Shown here piece after piece: positions 48,545 to 59,804 of a stretch of 64,000 bases of DNA; the first letter of the stretch is position 1; every line of letters begins with the position of its first letter. The DNA lies in contig CBDAOY010000007.1 of assembly GCA_965198225.1 (NCBI GenBank), positions 990,045-1,054,044 of the forward strand, written 5' to 3'. Source of the stretch: Terriglobia bacterium. Lineage in GTDB: Bacteria; Acidobacteriota; Terriglobia; 20CM-2-55-15. The translations under genes and the position numbers were made by a program. The notes under the pieces were generated by a model. The model was not told where the DNA came from and made no database searches. It saw only the letters and a program-made list of their open reading frames with translations.

Positions 48545-48613
48545 CCAAGCCTGTTGGGGGATATATTGGGGGAGTGCTGGAGTGCCTCTGCCCCATCGGT
48601 CGAGGGCTCTGCA

Positions 48614-49792
48614 ATGGCCATTCACAAACTCTCCCAACGCAAGGTAGACACCGCCGGTCCCGGCAAATACGAAGACGGCGGCGGGCTCCGCTTGGTGGTG
48701 TCCAATTCAGGCGCCAGGAGATGGGTCCTGCGTTACACCGTCCACGGCAAACGCCGGGAAATGGGTCTGGGCCGTTATCCCGATGTCGGGTTGGCCGATG
48801 CCCGCACGCAAGCGCTACGGCACCGGAGGCAGTTGGCGACGGGCGTAGATCCCATCGCAGCCCGCCGGGCGGCCCCGGAGACGCTACCCACCTTCACCAT
48901 CTGCGCCGCCCGGTATATCCGGGCCCATCGACGGAGTTGGCACAATGCCAAGCACGCGCGGCAATGGGTCCGGAGCCTGAAGACCTATGCCCGGCCCGTC
49001 ATCGGGGCCAAACGGGTCGACGCCATTGAGACTGAAGACATTGTAAAGATACTCTCTTCGATCTGGAACACCAAGACCGAAACGGCCAAGCGCGTGCAGG
49101 GGCGCATCGAAAATGTCCTGGACTTCGCCGCCGCGCACCAATACTGCGGTCCCCTGAACCCGGCCCGCTGGCGGGGCCATCTGGACAAGTTGCTCCCGAA
49201 GCCCTCCCGGGTGAAGCAAGTCACCCACCACCCGGCCATGCCGTATCCCGAGGTGGCGGACTTCCTGCAGGAGCTGTCCGGACACCGGAGTGTATCGGCG
49301 CAGGCGCTGCGGTTTTTGATCCTGACCGCCACGCGCACCAGTGAAGTCTTAGAGGCGCAGTGGCCGGAAATCGATCGGACCGCCGGTATATGGATCCTTC
49401 CCGCCTCCCGGATGAAAGCCCGACGGGAACATCGAGTTCCCTTATCGGATGCGACCCTGGCGGTTCTGGAAGACCTACCCCGCATGGCAGGCCACCCGTA
49501 TGTCTTCGCCGGATCTCGCCACGGACGCCCTCTGTCGAACATGGCCCTACTGAAATTGATGCGAGACATGGGATATTGCGTTGAGGGTTCCCGGGCTCAC
49601 TACGTGCCGCATGGATTTCGCTCCAGTTTTCGGGATTGGTCCGGCGAGGTGTCGAGCTTCCCGCGAGAAGTTGCGGAAATGGCCTTGGCCCACGTGGTGG
49701 AGAACAAGGTGGAAGCGGCCTACCGGCGGGGGGATCTGTTCGCCAAACGGCGCAGCATGATGCAGGCCTGGGCCGACTACCTCAAGAAGTAG
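48614..49792 (+). CDS. int: Tyrosine integrase, P4-type (DUF4102 arm-binding N-domain + catalytic domain)
   Basis: MAIHKLSQRKVDTAGPGKYEDGGGLRLVV...; catalytic R..H..R..Y region (HGFRSSFRDW, conserved Y near C-term). Confidence 0.9.
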   Translation: MAIHKLSQRKVDTAGPGKYEDGGGLRLVVSNSGARRWVLRYTVHGKRREMGLGRYPDVGLADARTQALRHRRQLATGVDPIAARRAAPETLPTFTICAARYIRAHRRSWHNAKHARQWVRSLKTYARPVIGAKRVDAIETEDIVKILSSIWNTKTETAKRVQGRIENVLDFAAAHQYCGPLNPARWRGHLDKLLPKPSRVKQVTHHPAMPYPEVADFLQELSGHRSVSAQALRFLILTATRTSEVLEAQWPEIDRTAGIWILPASRMKARREHRVPLSDATLAVLEDLPRMAGHPYVFAGSRHGRPLSNMALLKLMRDMGYCVEGSRAHYVPHGFRSSFRDWSGEVSSFPREVAEMALAHVVENKVEAAYRRGDLFAKRRSMMQAWADYLKK

Positions 49793-50066
49793 AAGGGCGG
49801 GTGCGCAAGGTCGACGGGCGGCCAACAATTCATGCATTCCGATGATTCCTTGAAGGAGCCCACTGCTTCCGAGGTGTGAAAGAATTCAGGCTGGTGCGGA
49901 TTCGACGCGGAAGTGGTCGGCGGAGTGAAAGGAGATGCGACAGAATCTGAGGATCTACGATTCCCGACCGAACCCCAGTGGGGCTAGTGTAGGCCGTCAC
50001 CAAAGGGCACCGCGGACTCGGTCGATGTGACTTTGATCAGGGAAAATCATGGACGGAACGGGTCCC

Positions 50067-50708
50067 TCAATGGATCGTCGGCTTCTCCACGCCGATGGTG
50101 GACAGTGCGTGTTGGCGGGCTCGCGTGCAGGCAACCACAACGGCATGAAGCTCTTTCTCCGCGATCCGTGAGAGTTCCCGCACGTTCTTGAGGCTCCGCG
50201 CCAGATCCATCTCCGAGCGCGACGATGTTCTCTCCAGACACTCCACCATGCTGTGCATCATGGCGTTGATCTCCCCGAGATTGTCCATGGCTTCGTGAGC
50301 CCGTTCGGGGAGATCCAGCACCTCCTCGGCACCGAACAGGCCGTCGATGAAACCTTCCAGCTCTTCCATGCGGGTGCGGCAGAGGCGACTCAGATCATCG
50401 AGCTCCGCCTTGGCGGCCATCGGTGTCAAACGGAACGGCCGGGTTCCCGATTGATGCTTTGCCAATTCGTTCCAGAGGCCCATGAGAGCCTCAAACAGCT
50501 CGTTGGCGGCAGCGACATCGTCAAACTTCGGCAGTTCTCCTCCCCAGAAAGCTGCTACGGTCGGGAGGGGCGACGCATCAAGATTGGGACTGGCGATGTT
50601 GCCGAGGAAGCGTGTGCGCACGACATGGAATGGAGTCGGACAGGCATAACCGTCCAATAGCCCGCGGACTCGTTCGTCGCCCTGATATCTGTGGGAACGT
50701 TTCTTCAT
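50067..50708 (-). CDS. Hypothetical protein (213 aa)
   Basis: ORF with reasonable composition; no recognised domain. Confidence 0.45.
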   Translation of the reverse strand: MKKRSHRYQGDERVRGLLDGYACPTPFHVVRTRFLGNIASPNLDASPLPTVAAFWGGELPKFDDVAAANELFEALMGLWNELAKHQSGTRPFRLTPMAAKAELDDLSRLCRTRMEELEGFIDGLFGAEEVLDLPERAHEAMDNLGEINAMMHSMVECLERTSSRSEMDLARSLKNVRELSRIAEKELHAVVVACTRARQHALSTIGVEKPTIH

Positions 50709-50795
50709 GCCCGATTAACTTCCGGCCGGCGTTGTGCCATTTCACCTTGTCCCTGCGGAAGCAGATTAGTCCGAAGAAGTTCGAGAATTTCCCGT

Positions 50796-51380
50796 TTACG
50801 TCCCACAGTTCTGGTAGTCCGAGGCCATACACGTGCGCGCCCACTCAATGGCGCGGCTGATCTGGGCACGGGTCATTTCACGTTCAAGGTTGCCCCGCGA
50901 CTCCTCGGGCCCAACGCCGGCGACGCTGACCCTCCCATTGGCGCTGGCGATATTGAACCACATGTGCGCGAGCACGTCGTCCTCGATGCCGCCCAAGCCG
51001 TTGTAGTACATCAACCCGAGGTTGAACTGCGCGCTCGCGTGCCCCTGCTCGGCCGCCATGCGGTACCATCGCGCCGCTTCCGCATCGTCTTCGATGACAC
51101 CCTCGCCGTGGGCATACATGGTTCCGAGATTGAATTGCGCACGCGCGTCCCCCTGCTCGGCCGCTATGCGGAACCACCGCATTGCTTCACGGTCATCCTC
51201 CATGGCGGCCTCGTCATCGTCGTAGGTGCTCCCGAGGCTGTCCGGCGTATCCGCGTTCCCCTGCTCGTCTTCGGCCTGAAAGCGTCCTGGTTCGTCCTGC
51301 GCCGGAACACATGCCGCGGCCAGCAGCCAGGAGCCGCAGAGCAGTGTCATCGCGATCCATCGGTTACGGTGTTTCTTCAC
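50796..51380 (-). CDS. Sel1-repeat (TPR-like) secreted protein
   Basis: Signal peptide; repeated A.AQFNLG.MY..G.GV..D...A..W motifs. Confidence 0.8.
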   Translation of the reverse strand: MKKHRNRWIAMTLLCGSWLLAAACVPAQDEPGRFQAEDEQGNADTPDSLGSTYDDDEAAMEDDREAMRWFRIAAEQGDARAQFNLGTMYAHGEGVIEDDAEAARWYRMAAEQGHASAQFNLGLMYYNGLGGIEDDVLAHMWFNIASANGRVSVAGVGPEESRGNLEREMTRAQISRAIEWARTCMASDYQNCGT

Positions 51381-51620
51381 GGCAGCCTCCCATGTCCTGG
51401 TGATCTTATGCCTTGAGACTGGATCGTCGATTGTAGGCGATCCAGGACGCGACCCTACAAGTACTTGGCGACTCTAGTGTAATGGGATCCGCAGGTTACG
51501 TTGCGTGCCGAACACGGATCACCGCTGGAGTGTGGACACAGCGGAAGGTTCACCGTGCCGACGGACGGGTAAGCCAGCCACCTTGAGCAGGATCATCTTG
51601 GGACGCCATCGGCGGCACAC

Positions 51621-51951
51621 CTAACGTCGGCGGCCGCAGGACACGAATATCTCCACGTCGGCCCTCAGCGCGCGCTCCGTGTTGTGGCTGAAGGCACCCC
51701 GGGCCGCTTTGAAGTAGGCGGCCAGTTGGTCCCCTGCCTCCGCAGCGTATTCAACACGGAACGAGAGCGTTCTCGAGCGGGTTGGTCTGCCCGATCGCCT
51801 TGTGCAGCGTGGCGATGCTGGAGACGTAGCGGCGCACCGTCGCCGGGGCCTTGACGCGCGCCATGTCGTCGATGAAGGCGACCAGGGTGGGGGCGTTGGC
51901 GGGCAACGCCGGCACGACCTGCTGCCGGCAGCCAGGATCTCCATCTCGCAT
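51621..51951 (-). pseudogene. Tyrosine recombinase N-terminal (SAM-like core-binding) fragments, frameshifted remnant
   Basis: VAFIDDMARVKAPATVRRYVSSIATLH in one frame and FSHNTERALRADVEIFVSCG in the other; no catalytic domain. Confidence 0.45.
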
Positions 51952-52008
51952 GTCATCTCTGAAATCAGCATCGGGCGGCCTCCGGTTCAGTCGAAAAAGG
52001 CCGCGAAT

Positions 52009-52042
52009 TTTACTCGCGATAATTCCAGTTATCGCGAGTAAA
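52009..52042. promoter_or_regulatory. Perfect 14-6-14 palindrome TTTACTCGCGATAA-TTCCAG-TTATCGCGAGTAAA (recombinase core-site-like)
   Basis: Perfect arms, 6-bp spacer, ~60 bp from the recombinase fragment. Confidence 0.5.
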
Positions 52043-52611
52043 GCCCCGAGATAACGCTTTCCTCGCCGTTGATCACACGGCGCGGCGGATTTTTTTCGAT
52101 CCGGCGCCTGCTGCCCATCAGCTCAGGGGGGGCGGGACGCAACGAGGTCTGTCTACCGAACGGGGGAGTTGTGGTGCCTTCTACGGCCCGAATGAGCGCG
52201 ACCAGATATCGCCAGCGAACCGGAGAAAGGGACATCGACTTGGCAGAACACCGTGAAATCGCGGCGTCACGCGTCACAGGGATAGACACGAAAGCGGTGG
52301 CGAAGGACTGAGGTGGCCGTATCGATACGGTCGTGGCGGCGCGCTCACCCGCAGCCGTGGCTGCGCCGATGATTTGTCCATGGGGCGATCCGCCGCGTGA
52401 CCGCAAGCCGCTGGCGATGAGTGCCTGCCCGGTTCACGGAAATCGGGCTATGGGCTCTGCCGTGCAGCGCCGCCCGCCTGTTCCGTGCCGAGCCCGTTGG
52501 CAGGACATGAGCAGTTTCGCCGCCGATACCGTCGATCAACGTGCGACCGTCATCACCGGTCCCCGGGTGTCGGTCCGCGGACGTCAATTCACAAGGGCGA
52601 CGCGCTACCGC

Positions 52612-55600
52612 ATGCGCGTGCTCTCTTTTTCGCTGCAAGGCCTTAAAACCGGGTTATTTCTGCTATTCGCATCACTGCTGGCCGTGTCGGCGCCGATTCA
52701 GGCCAGCGCGCAGGCGAACAGCCCTCCGGCGGTGACGGGGCCAACCAGCGTCGACTACGCCGAGAACAGCGAGGAGACGGTGGCCACGTATATCGCTACG
52801 GACCCGGAGGCCGAAGCAATCGCGTGGAGCGTGTCCGGGACGGACCATGCGCTGTTTTCCATCACTGCGGGTGTCCTGGAGTTCCTGAGCCCGCCGAACT
52901 ACGAGAGGCCTATCGACGAGGGCGAAGACAACGCGTATGAGGTGGGCGTCACGGCCACGGATTCCTCCGGGGCGGCCGCCACCGTTGCGGTCACCGTGAC
53001 GGTAACAGACGTCAACGACCCGAACATCGTCCTCATCATGGCGGACGATGTCGGTTATGAGGCCTTTGGGGCATACGGTAGCGCACAGTACAGAACGCCG
53101 CGAATTGATGAGCTTGCAGCCGCGGGAGTTCGCTTCACGAACGCTTACTCAAACCCGGTATGCACCCCGAGCAGAGTTGCCTTGATGACGGGTAAGAGCA
53201 GTGTCAGGAACTATGTGGATTTCGGAGTTCTACTCCCCGGAGAATACACGATTACTGATCTCTTTAGTGGGGCCGGATACGCAACGGCCATCGCCGGAAA
53301 GTGGCAGCTTCACGGTAGTGTCGTAGGTAGTGACGTAGTGGCTGGTGTCCCTGCCGGAACCGGATTCGACACGTATTCCTTGTGGAATACAGCCAACACG
53401 GGTCGTAGTCGCTACTGGAATCCTTCCATCGAACGCGACGGTGAAATCATCGATCTGGGCAGCGAGGATTACGGGCCCGACATATTCACGAATTTCCTGC
53501 TGGAATTCATAGAGTCCAACAGAGATAAACCGTTTTTCGCCTACTACCCGATGGTGCTTCCTCATGATCCGTTCGGCTCGCCGCCGCAAGCCCAATGCGT
53601 CGATACCGCTGACGGACAGTGCAATTTCGAGGACATGGTCGCGTATCTCGATTACAACGTCGGCCGCATACGCGACAAGCTGGCGGACCTGGAGCTACTC
53701 GACAACACAATCCTCATATTCACCTCCGACAACGGAACTCACGCACGCTGATCTGATTTCAGAACTCGGGGGAGAAATGATCCATGGGGATAAGAACATG
53801 CCCAACAATGGCGGCACGCGGGTACCGCTGATAGTCAGCGTTCCAGGAGGTGAGGGGGGACGGGTGTTCGACGACCTGATCGACTTCACCGACTTTCTCC
53901 CGACTCTGGCTGATGCGGCAGGTCTTACGATTCCTGACGTCAATATGCTGGACGGCGTGAGTTTTTGGGACAGGCTTCAAGGCCGAACCGGCCAACCGCG
54001 GGAATGGATATATACCTATTACTTCCCACGTCCGTTCGCCGATAGGTTCGACAATCCGCAACGTCATCCAGAGGCGTCGTATGTCCGAGACAAGCGGTAC
54101 CAGCTCTACGGAACAGGAGAGTTCTTCGACATTTCCGTAGACCCTCACCAAGTGCATCCGTTGCCGAGTGACGATGAAGAGTCCAGCGCCGCCCGTACCA
54201 AGCTGCAAGCGGTTCTCGACTCGATGCCGGGGAGAGGTGAGGAGATTTACCCATATTTGATAGGAACTGTCCCGGACTCTGAGCCGCGCCCGCGATGGCG
54301 GCCCGTCCTGTCGAAAGCAACTGTGAACGGCGGCCAATTGACGCTCACTTACGCCGGAATTCTGGACTCAAGAGAAGCGCCTCCCGCAGATTCCTTCATT
54401 GTGAACGTTGATGGTTCCGAGCGTGCGGTCTCCACAGTTTCGATAAGCAAAACAGCGGTTACGCTTACACTCGCTTCGGCGGTTACAGTTGGCCAGACGG
54501 TGACGTTGAATTACACGCCGGGAACGAATGCGATTCAGCACGCGAACAGGCCATTCGGGCACAAAGCGGCACCCCTGGTTCGCCAAGGGGTGACGAACAA
54601 CACTGTGGACACGACGGCGCCGGCGGTGTTGTCGATCACGAGCGACGCGACGCACCCGACGAAGAACGCTTTCACGGTGACGATAACCTTTTCGGAGGAG
54701 GTGAGGGGACTCACGGCGGGGGAGATCGCGGTCACCAATGGCACGGGCTCGAACTTTGCGGGCACAGGCGCGAGCTACATGCTCGACATCGAACCCAGCG
54801 ACGATATCGAAGCCGACGTGACGGTCCGGGTTCCGGCCGATGCGGCGATGGACGCCGCGAACCTCGGCAACATCGAGGGGATCGAGACCTTCGCGGTGGA
54901 CACCCAGGCGCCGGCGGTGTTGTCGATCACGAGCGACGCGACACACCCGACGAAGGATGCTTTCAGGGTGACGATCACCTTTTCGGAGGCGGTGACGGAG
55001 CTCACGTCGCAGGATATCGCGGTCATGAACGGAGTGGGCTCGAACTTCGCGGGCACGGACGCGCGCTACACGCTCGACATCGAGCCCAGCGCCAATACCG
55101 AAGACGATGTGACGGTCCGGGTTCGGGCCAACGCGGCGGTGGACGGCGTGAACATCGGCAACGTCGAGGGGATCGAAACCTTTGCGGTGGACACCCAGGT
55201 GCCGAGGGTGTTGTCGATCACAAGCGACGCGGCGCACCCGACGAAGGATACTTTCACGGTAACGATCACCTTTTCGGAAGAGGTGACGGGGCTGACGGCG
55301 AGTGAGATCGTGGTCAGCAATGGCCGTGGCTCGAACTTCGCGGGCACGGGCGCACGCTACACGCTCGACATCGCTCCGAACGCCAACCTTGAAGCCGATG
55401 TGACGGTCCGGGTTCGAGCCAACGCGGCGGTGGACGGCGCGAACAACAGCCACGTCGACGAGGGCGAGACCTTCGCTGTGGACACGCGGGCACCGGTGTT
55501 GATGAGCGCTGCGGTGGATGGCGACACGCTGACGCTGAGCTATGGGGAGGCGCTGGGCAACCCGACACCGGAGCCGGGCGATTTCACGATGAATGTGGAG

Positions 55601-58600
55601 AGCGCTGGGCGGAGCGTTTCCAGGGTGGCGGTGAGCGGAAGAGCGGTGACTTTGACGCTTGCCTCGGCCGTGGCGCATGGCGAGACGGTGAGAGTGAGCT
55701 ACAGCCCGGGGACGAACCCGATCCAGGACGCGGTGGGCAACCAGGCTCTGGGACTGAGCAACGCGTCGGCCACCAACACTACGGATGCACCCAACACGGA
55801 TCCGATGATCACGAGTCCGGGGCCGTTCAATGTCACTGAGAATCAAGCGCGGGTGACCCGGCTGATGGCGGCCGACGCCGACCCGGGGGACGAGGTCACC
55901 GGCTATACGCTTGTCGGCGGAGCCGATCGGGCCCAGTTCACGGTCGGTGAGGATACCGGAGATCTGGGCTTCCGGGCGGTTCCGAACTTTGAAGCGCCCA
56001 CGGATGCCTTCAGTAACGATCCGCCAAGTGGGGCAGGAGACAACGAGTACATCGTGGTGGTCCAGGTCAGCAGCGGGGCAGGAACGCGGGTGCGGACGGC
56101 GGAACAGACGATTCGCGTGCGGGTGAGTGACGTGGAGGAGCTTCCAGCGGCGCCGGAGGAGCCGACTTTTCCGAGGGCGACGCCGGACAGCCTGACGGTG
56201 GCGTGGACGGAGCCGGACAACACCGGGCCGCCCATCACCGGCTATGACGTGCAATACCGGGAAGGCGTCAGCGGCGGCTTCACGGATGCGCCGCACTCCG
56301 GGACGGCCCAAACCACAACGCTCATGGGGTTGAGCGAGGGCACGGCCTACCAGGTGCAGGTGCGGGCGAGGAACGCGGAAGGAACAGGTGACTGGTCGGA
56401 GCCGGGCGAAGGACGGACCGTGGCCCCGCTGAGGGTTCGGATGACGCCGGAGCTGGAGCCGCCGGTGGAGGGCCCGTTCTCGGTGAGGTTCAGCTTTTCG
56501 GAGACGGTGACGGGTTTCAGCGGAAGCGACATCGAGACGGGTCAGGACCTTGCCTGCATGGACGATCAGAACAACCCGGTGTTCTGCAACCCCGGCTTTG
56601 CGGCATTCGAGACCACGGATAGCCGGGTCTTCACCACCCGCGTGACCCCGAGGACCGGCGGGGTGGCCAATAACTACAAGCTCACGCTCACGGTGCGTGC
56701 CGGCGGAGTGAGATCGTCTGTCGGCAATAAGCCTAACGAGGAGGCGACGCTTGAGGTGCCGGTGGCGCCGCCGGGGGTGACGGTGCCGATCGGGCCGCTG
56801 GGGCTGACGGCGAGCGGGGGAAACGGCCAGGTGGCGCTCCGGTGGAATGCCCCGGGGGACACCGGGGGCGCCGCGATGGTCCGCTACGAATACCGGGTGG
56901 CGGATGGCGTCGGCGGGGAGTTCGGCGCCTGGATGCGGGTGGATGCGGCGGCGAGGTCCGCGCCGGTCCCCGATCTGACGAACGGCCGGGAATACGTCTT
57001 CGAGCTGAGGGGGGTGAACGCCCTGGGCTACGGCGGGGTGGAGACCGTGCGAGCCACCCCGGTGCGCACCACCACCGGGGACGGAGGAGGCAGAGGAGGC
57101 GGCGGGGGTGGGGGCGCCCTCCGCGGGACAGTGCCGGGCGCGCCGACGAACCTGACGGCTGAGGGCGGGGACGGCCAGGTCGTACTGAGTTGGGACGCCC
57201 CGGAAAGCGACGGCGGGGCGGCGATCACCGATTACGAGTATTGGAACGGCGGGAGTCGGACCTGGACCTCCATCGGTTCCACGAACACCACCCATACGGT
57301 CACCGGCCTCGACAACGGAACGGAATACACCTTCCAGGTGCGGGCGGTCAACCGAAGGGGCCGGAGCCGGGCTTCCAACCGGGCTACGGCGACGCCGGAC
57401 GTGTTTATCCTGGACTTTGCGCATTTCGCCAATGGCGCGTCCATTACCTCCGATCTGGTGCTGGTGAACCCGGGAAGCATCCCGATCCGGCCCGTCGTTT
57501 ATTTCTACGACACCGGGGGCAATCCAATTAACGCCGAATCGGTGGTGGACGTCACCGGTGATCTGACGGTCGCCGAGGACGGTGCCTTGACGGTCCTGGC
57601 GGATATGGAGCCACTCAGAGAACTCACGATTGCGACCCACGGTCGGGGAGCGCTCGTGAGTGGATCGGTGAAGGTTGTCTCTTACGGTCCTGTCGGCGGG
57701 TTCCTGCGCTATAACGTCCCGGATGTCGGCGTGGCCGGTGTGGGAGCGAGCCCGCCCACACGGGATGTCCTTTTCCCGGCCCGCCGCGAGGCGGGAGGCA
57801 TCAATACGGCGGCGGCGATCCAGAACCTGGGAGAGGCACCGCTGGAGGTGAGCTGCCGATTGATGCGCGCGGGCGCGGTGCTGGAAGAGGCGGAGATCGC
57901 TCTTGCGCCCAACGGGCAGTCGAGTGTCTTTATCGACGAACAATTCCCCGCCACCGATACGTCCGACTTCGCGGGGTCGATGCACTGCGACGCCCCAGCG
58001 ACGTTCACCGGTGTGGCGGTCGAGATGGATGCTGTCCACCGCATCTTTACGGCACTGCCGGTGGTTTCCGCGGATCGGCTCAGCGGCGGCAGTGCGACGG
58101 TCCTGGACTTTGCGCATTTCGCCAATGGAGGTTCCATCACCTCCGATCTGGTGTTCGTGAATCTGAAGACCCGTCCGAGCGGGCCCGCGCCCACTCCCTT
58201 TCAGATGGCCATCCCTCCGAGCCGCCCTGCCATCCATTTCTACGACACGGAGGGCAATCCGATGGCGACCGAATCGGTGGTGGACATCACCGGCGATCTG
58301 GAAGTCACCGAAGACGGCGCCCTGACGGTCCGGACGGAGATGGAGCCCTTGGGCGTGCTCACGATTTCGACTCACAGCCGGGGCGATCTGGTGACCGGAT
58401 CGGTGAAGGTGGTCTCGGAGGGTCCCATCGGCGGGATGCTCCGCTTTGACCTCCCCGGCATCGGCGAGGCCGTGGTGGGGGCCAGCGAGCCCCTCAGCGA
58501 CTTCCTCTTCCCGGTGCGCCGCCAGGAGGGAGGCATCAACACGGGGGTCGCGATCCACAACCTGGAATCGAGTCCGGAGTTGGTGCGCTGCGAACTGCTG

Positions 58601-58837
58601 CGCGAGGGCGTGCTGCTCGATACCGTGAGCATCCCTCTTGAGGCCAACGGGCAGACCTCCGGGTTCATCGACGGGCGATTCCCCAGCGTCGATACGTCCG
58701 ACTTCGTGGGGTTGGTACGCTGCAATGCAGTCGGTGAGGGGCTCTTCAGTGCCGTCGCCCTGGAACTGGATGCCGCCAACCGCATCTTTACCACACTGCC
58801 AGTGATCCCGCTGCAAGAGACGATGTCTCAGGAATAG
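52612..58837 (+). CDS. Giant secreted multidomain protein: signal peptide, cadherin-like, arylsulfatase (CTPSR FGly motif), SwmB repeat, 3x tandem Ig-like, cadherin-like, 3x Fn3, two ~230-aa C-terminal repeats; one frameshift near 53745
   Basis: Sulfatase frame ends FTSDNGTHAR* at 53751 while +1 frame continues ADLISELGGEMIHGDKNMPNNGGTRVPLIVSVPGG (sulfatase C-half) into the 1757-aa ORF 53564..58837. Confidence 0.65.
54605..55477 (+). repeat. Three tandem 291-bp coding repeats (97-aa Ig-like units VDTTAPAVLSITSDATHPTK..), high nucleotide identity
   Basis: GTGGAC register at 54605, 54896, 55187, 55478. Confidence 0.8.
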
Positions 58838-59125
58838 ACGGACGCGCCTGACAGGCTAGGCGACGGCGTCGCCATGAGCTTCGAACCGGGCGTCGACGCC
58901 CAACGCGGGAGAGCCCGAGTCAGGGGGGCACGGACCACGGCATGCCTGGACGGTTCACGGCGCGCCGGCGGTAGACATCCGATCCGTGGACACCGTGGGC
59001 CGGGGGCGCCCCCGGATGCATACCGGAGGCCGGCGGGGGTCCATCATGCCTGGGATGACTGTGATGTCGATGTTGCCGTGCTCGGTCGCGTGCCTCGTCG
59101 CAGCCGGCATCCGCGGTGTTGCGGA

Positions 59126-59803
59126 ATGGCTCCACGCGTTGAGGCTCGACGACAGCTCGCGCTGGCTGGGCCCATCCTCCGAAAACCTCTGCTATCCGTA
59201 TCGCGAAAGGCGCTGGCCTCCGGCGAGCCGGAAGATCCCCCCGGCTGGGAACGGATCTATGAAGGCTCGTTCCTGGAAGCAGCGCTGGTCACACAGCTTT
59301 CCGGCGACTTTCCCGGCCCGGTGCTGGCCGTGGTTTCGGTGCCCTTTTACTCGGCAGACCGGCAGCGGATTTTAGTCCCGCGAGGGGCGCGAGTCGTGGG
59401 CACGGCTCAGGCCGTGGCGAATCAGGACCAATCGCGCCTTGCCGTCAGTTTCCACCGTTTGATCTATCCGGACGGGCGTTGGGTGTCGCTGGAATTCAAC
59501 GGCCTCAATCAGGTCGGCGAGGGAGCCTTGAAAGATCAGGTCAACCGCCATTACCTATCCACGTTCGCCGCAGTCGGCGCGGTCGGCATCCTGAGCGGGC
59601 TGACCTTGCGCGGCTCCAATCCCTATGGCGGCGGGCAGCAGAGCCTTCAGGCTGGGGCCGGACAAGGGCTCGGCCAGGCCGCGACGCGCATCCTGGATCG
59701 TTTCCTGAATCGTTTGCCCACCCTCACCATTCGGGCCGGGCATCGGCTTCGCGTTTGGTTCACTTCCGACGTGCTGGTTCCCCGGCCCCAACAAGGAGAT
59801 TGA
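59126..59803 (+). pseudogene. trbI: TrbI/VirB10 C-terminal domain fragment (5'-truncated, no TM/Pro-rich region)
   Basis: FLEAALVTQLSGDFPGPVLAVVSVPFYS...ILVPRGARVVG...RLAVSFHRLIYPDGRWVSL matches VirB10 C-domain; upstream frame is Arg-rich noise. Confidence 0.5.
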
Positions 59804-59804
59804 A

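Noticed and set aside
54605-55477. Regular ~291-bp repeats considered as a possible CRISPR-like array
   Set aside because: The units are long, in-frame and encode Ig-like domains within the giant protein, with no short repeat-spacer structure. No CRISPR array occurs anywhere in the window.
54368-58816. 1482-aa ORF on the minus strand
   Set aside because: It is antisense to the giant sulfatase/adhesin gene, extremely Arg/Pro/Gly-rich with no domain signal, and is a typical long shadow ORF of high-GC coding DNA.
58986-59375. 129-aa + ORF containing a hydrophobic stretch upstream of the trbI fragment
   Set aside because: It was considered as the missing TrbI TM segment in another frame, but the sequence is Arg-rich noise in >70% GC DNA without a proline-rich linker.
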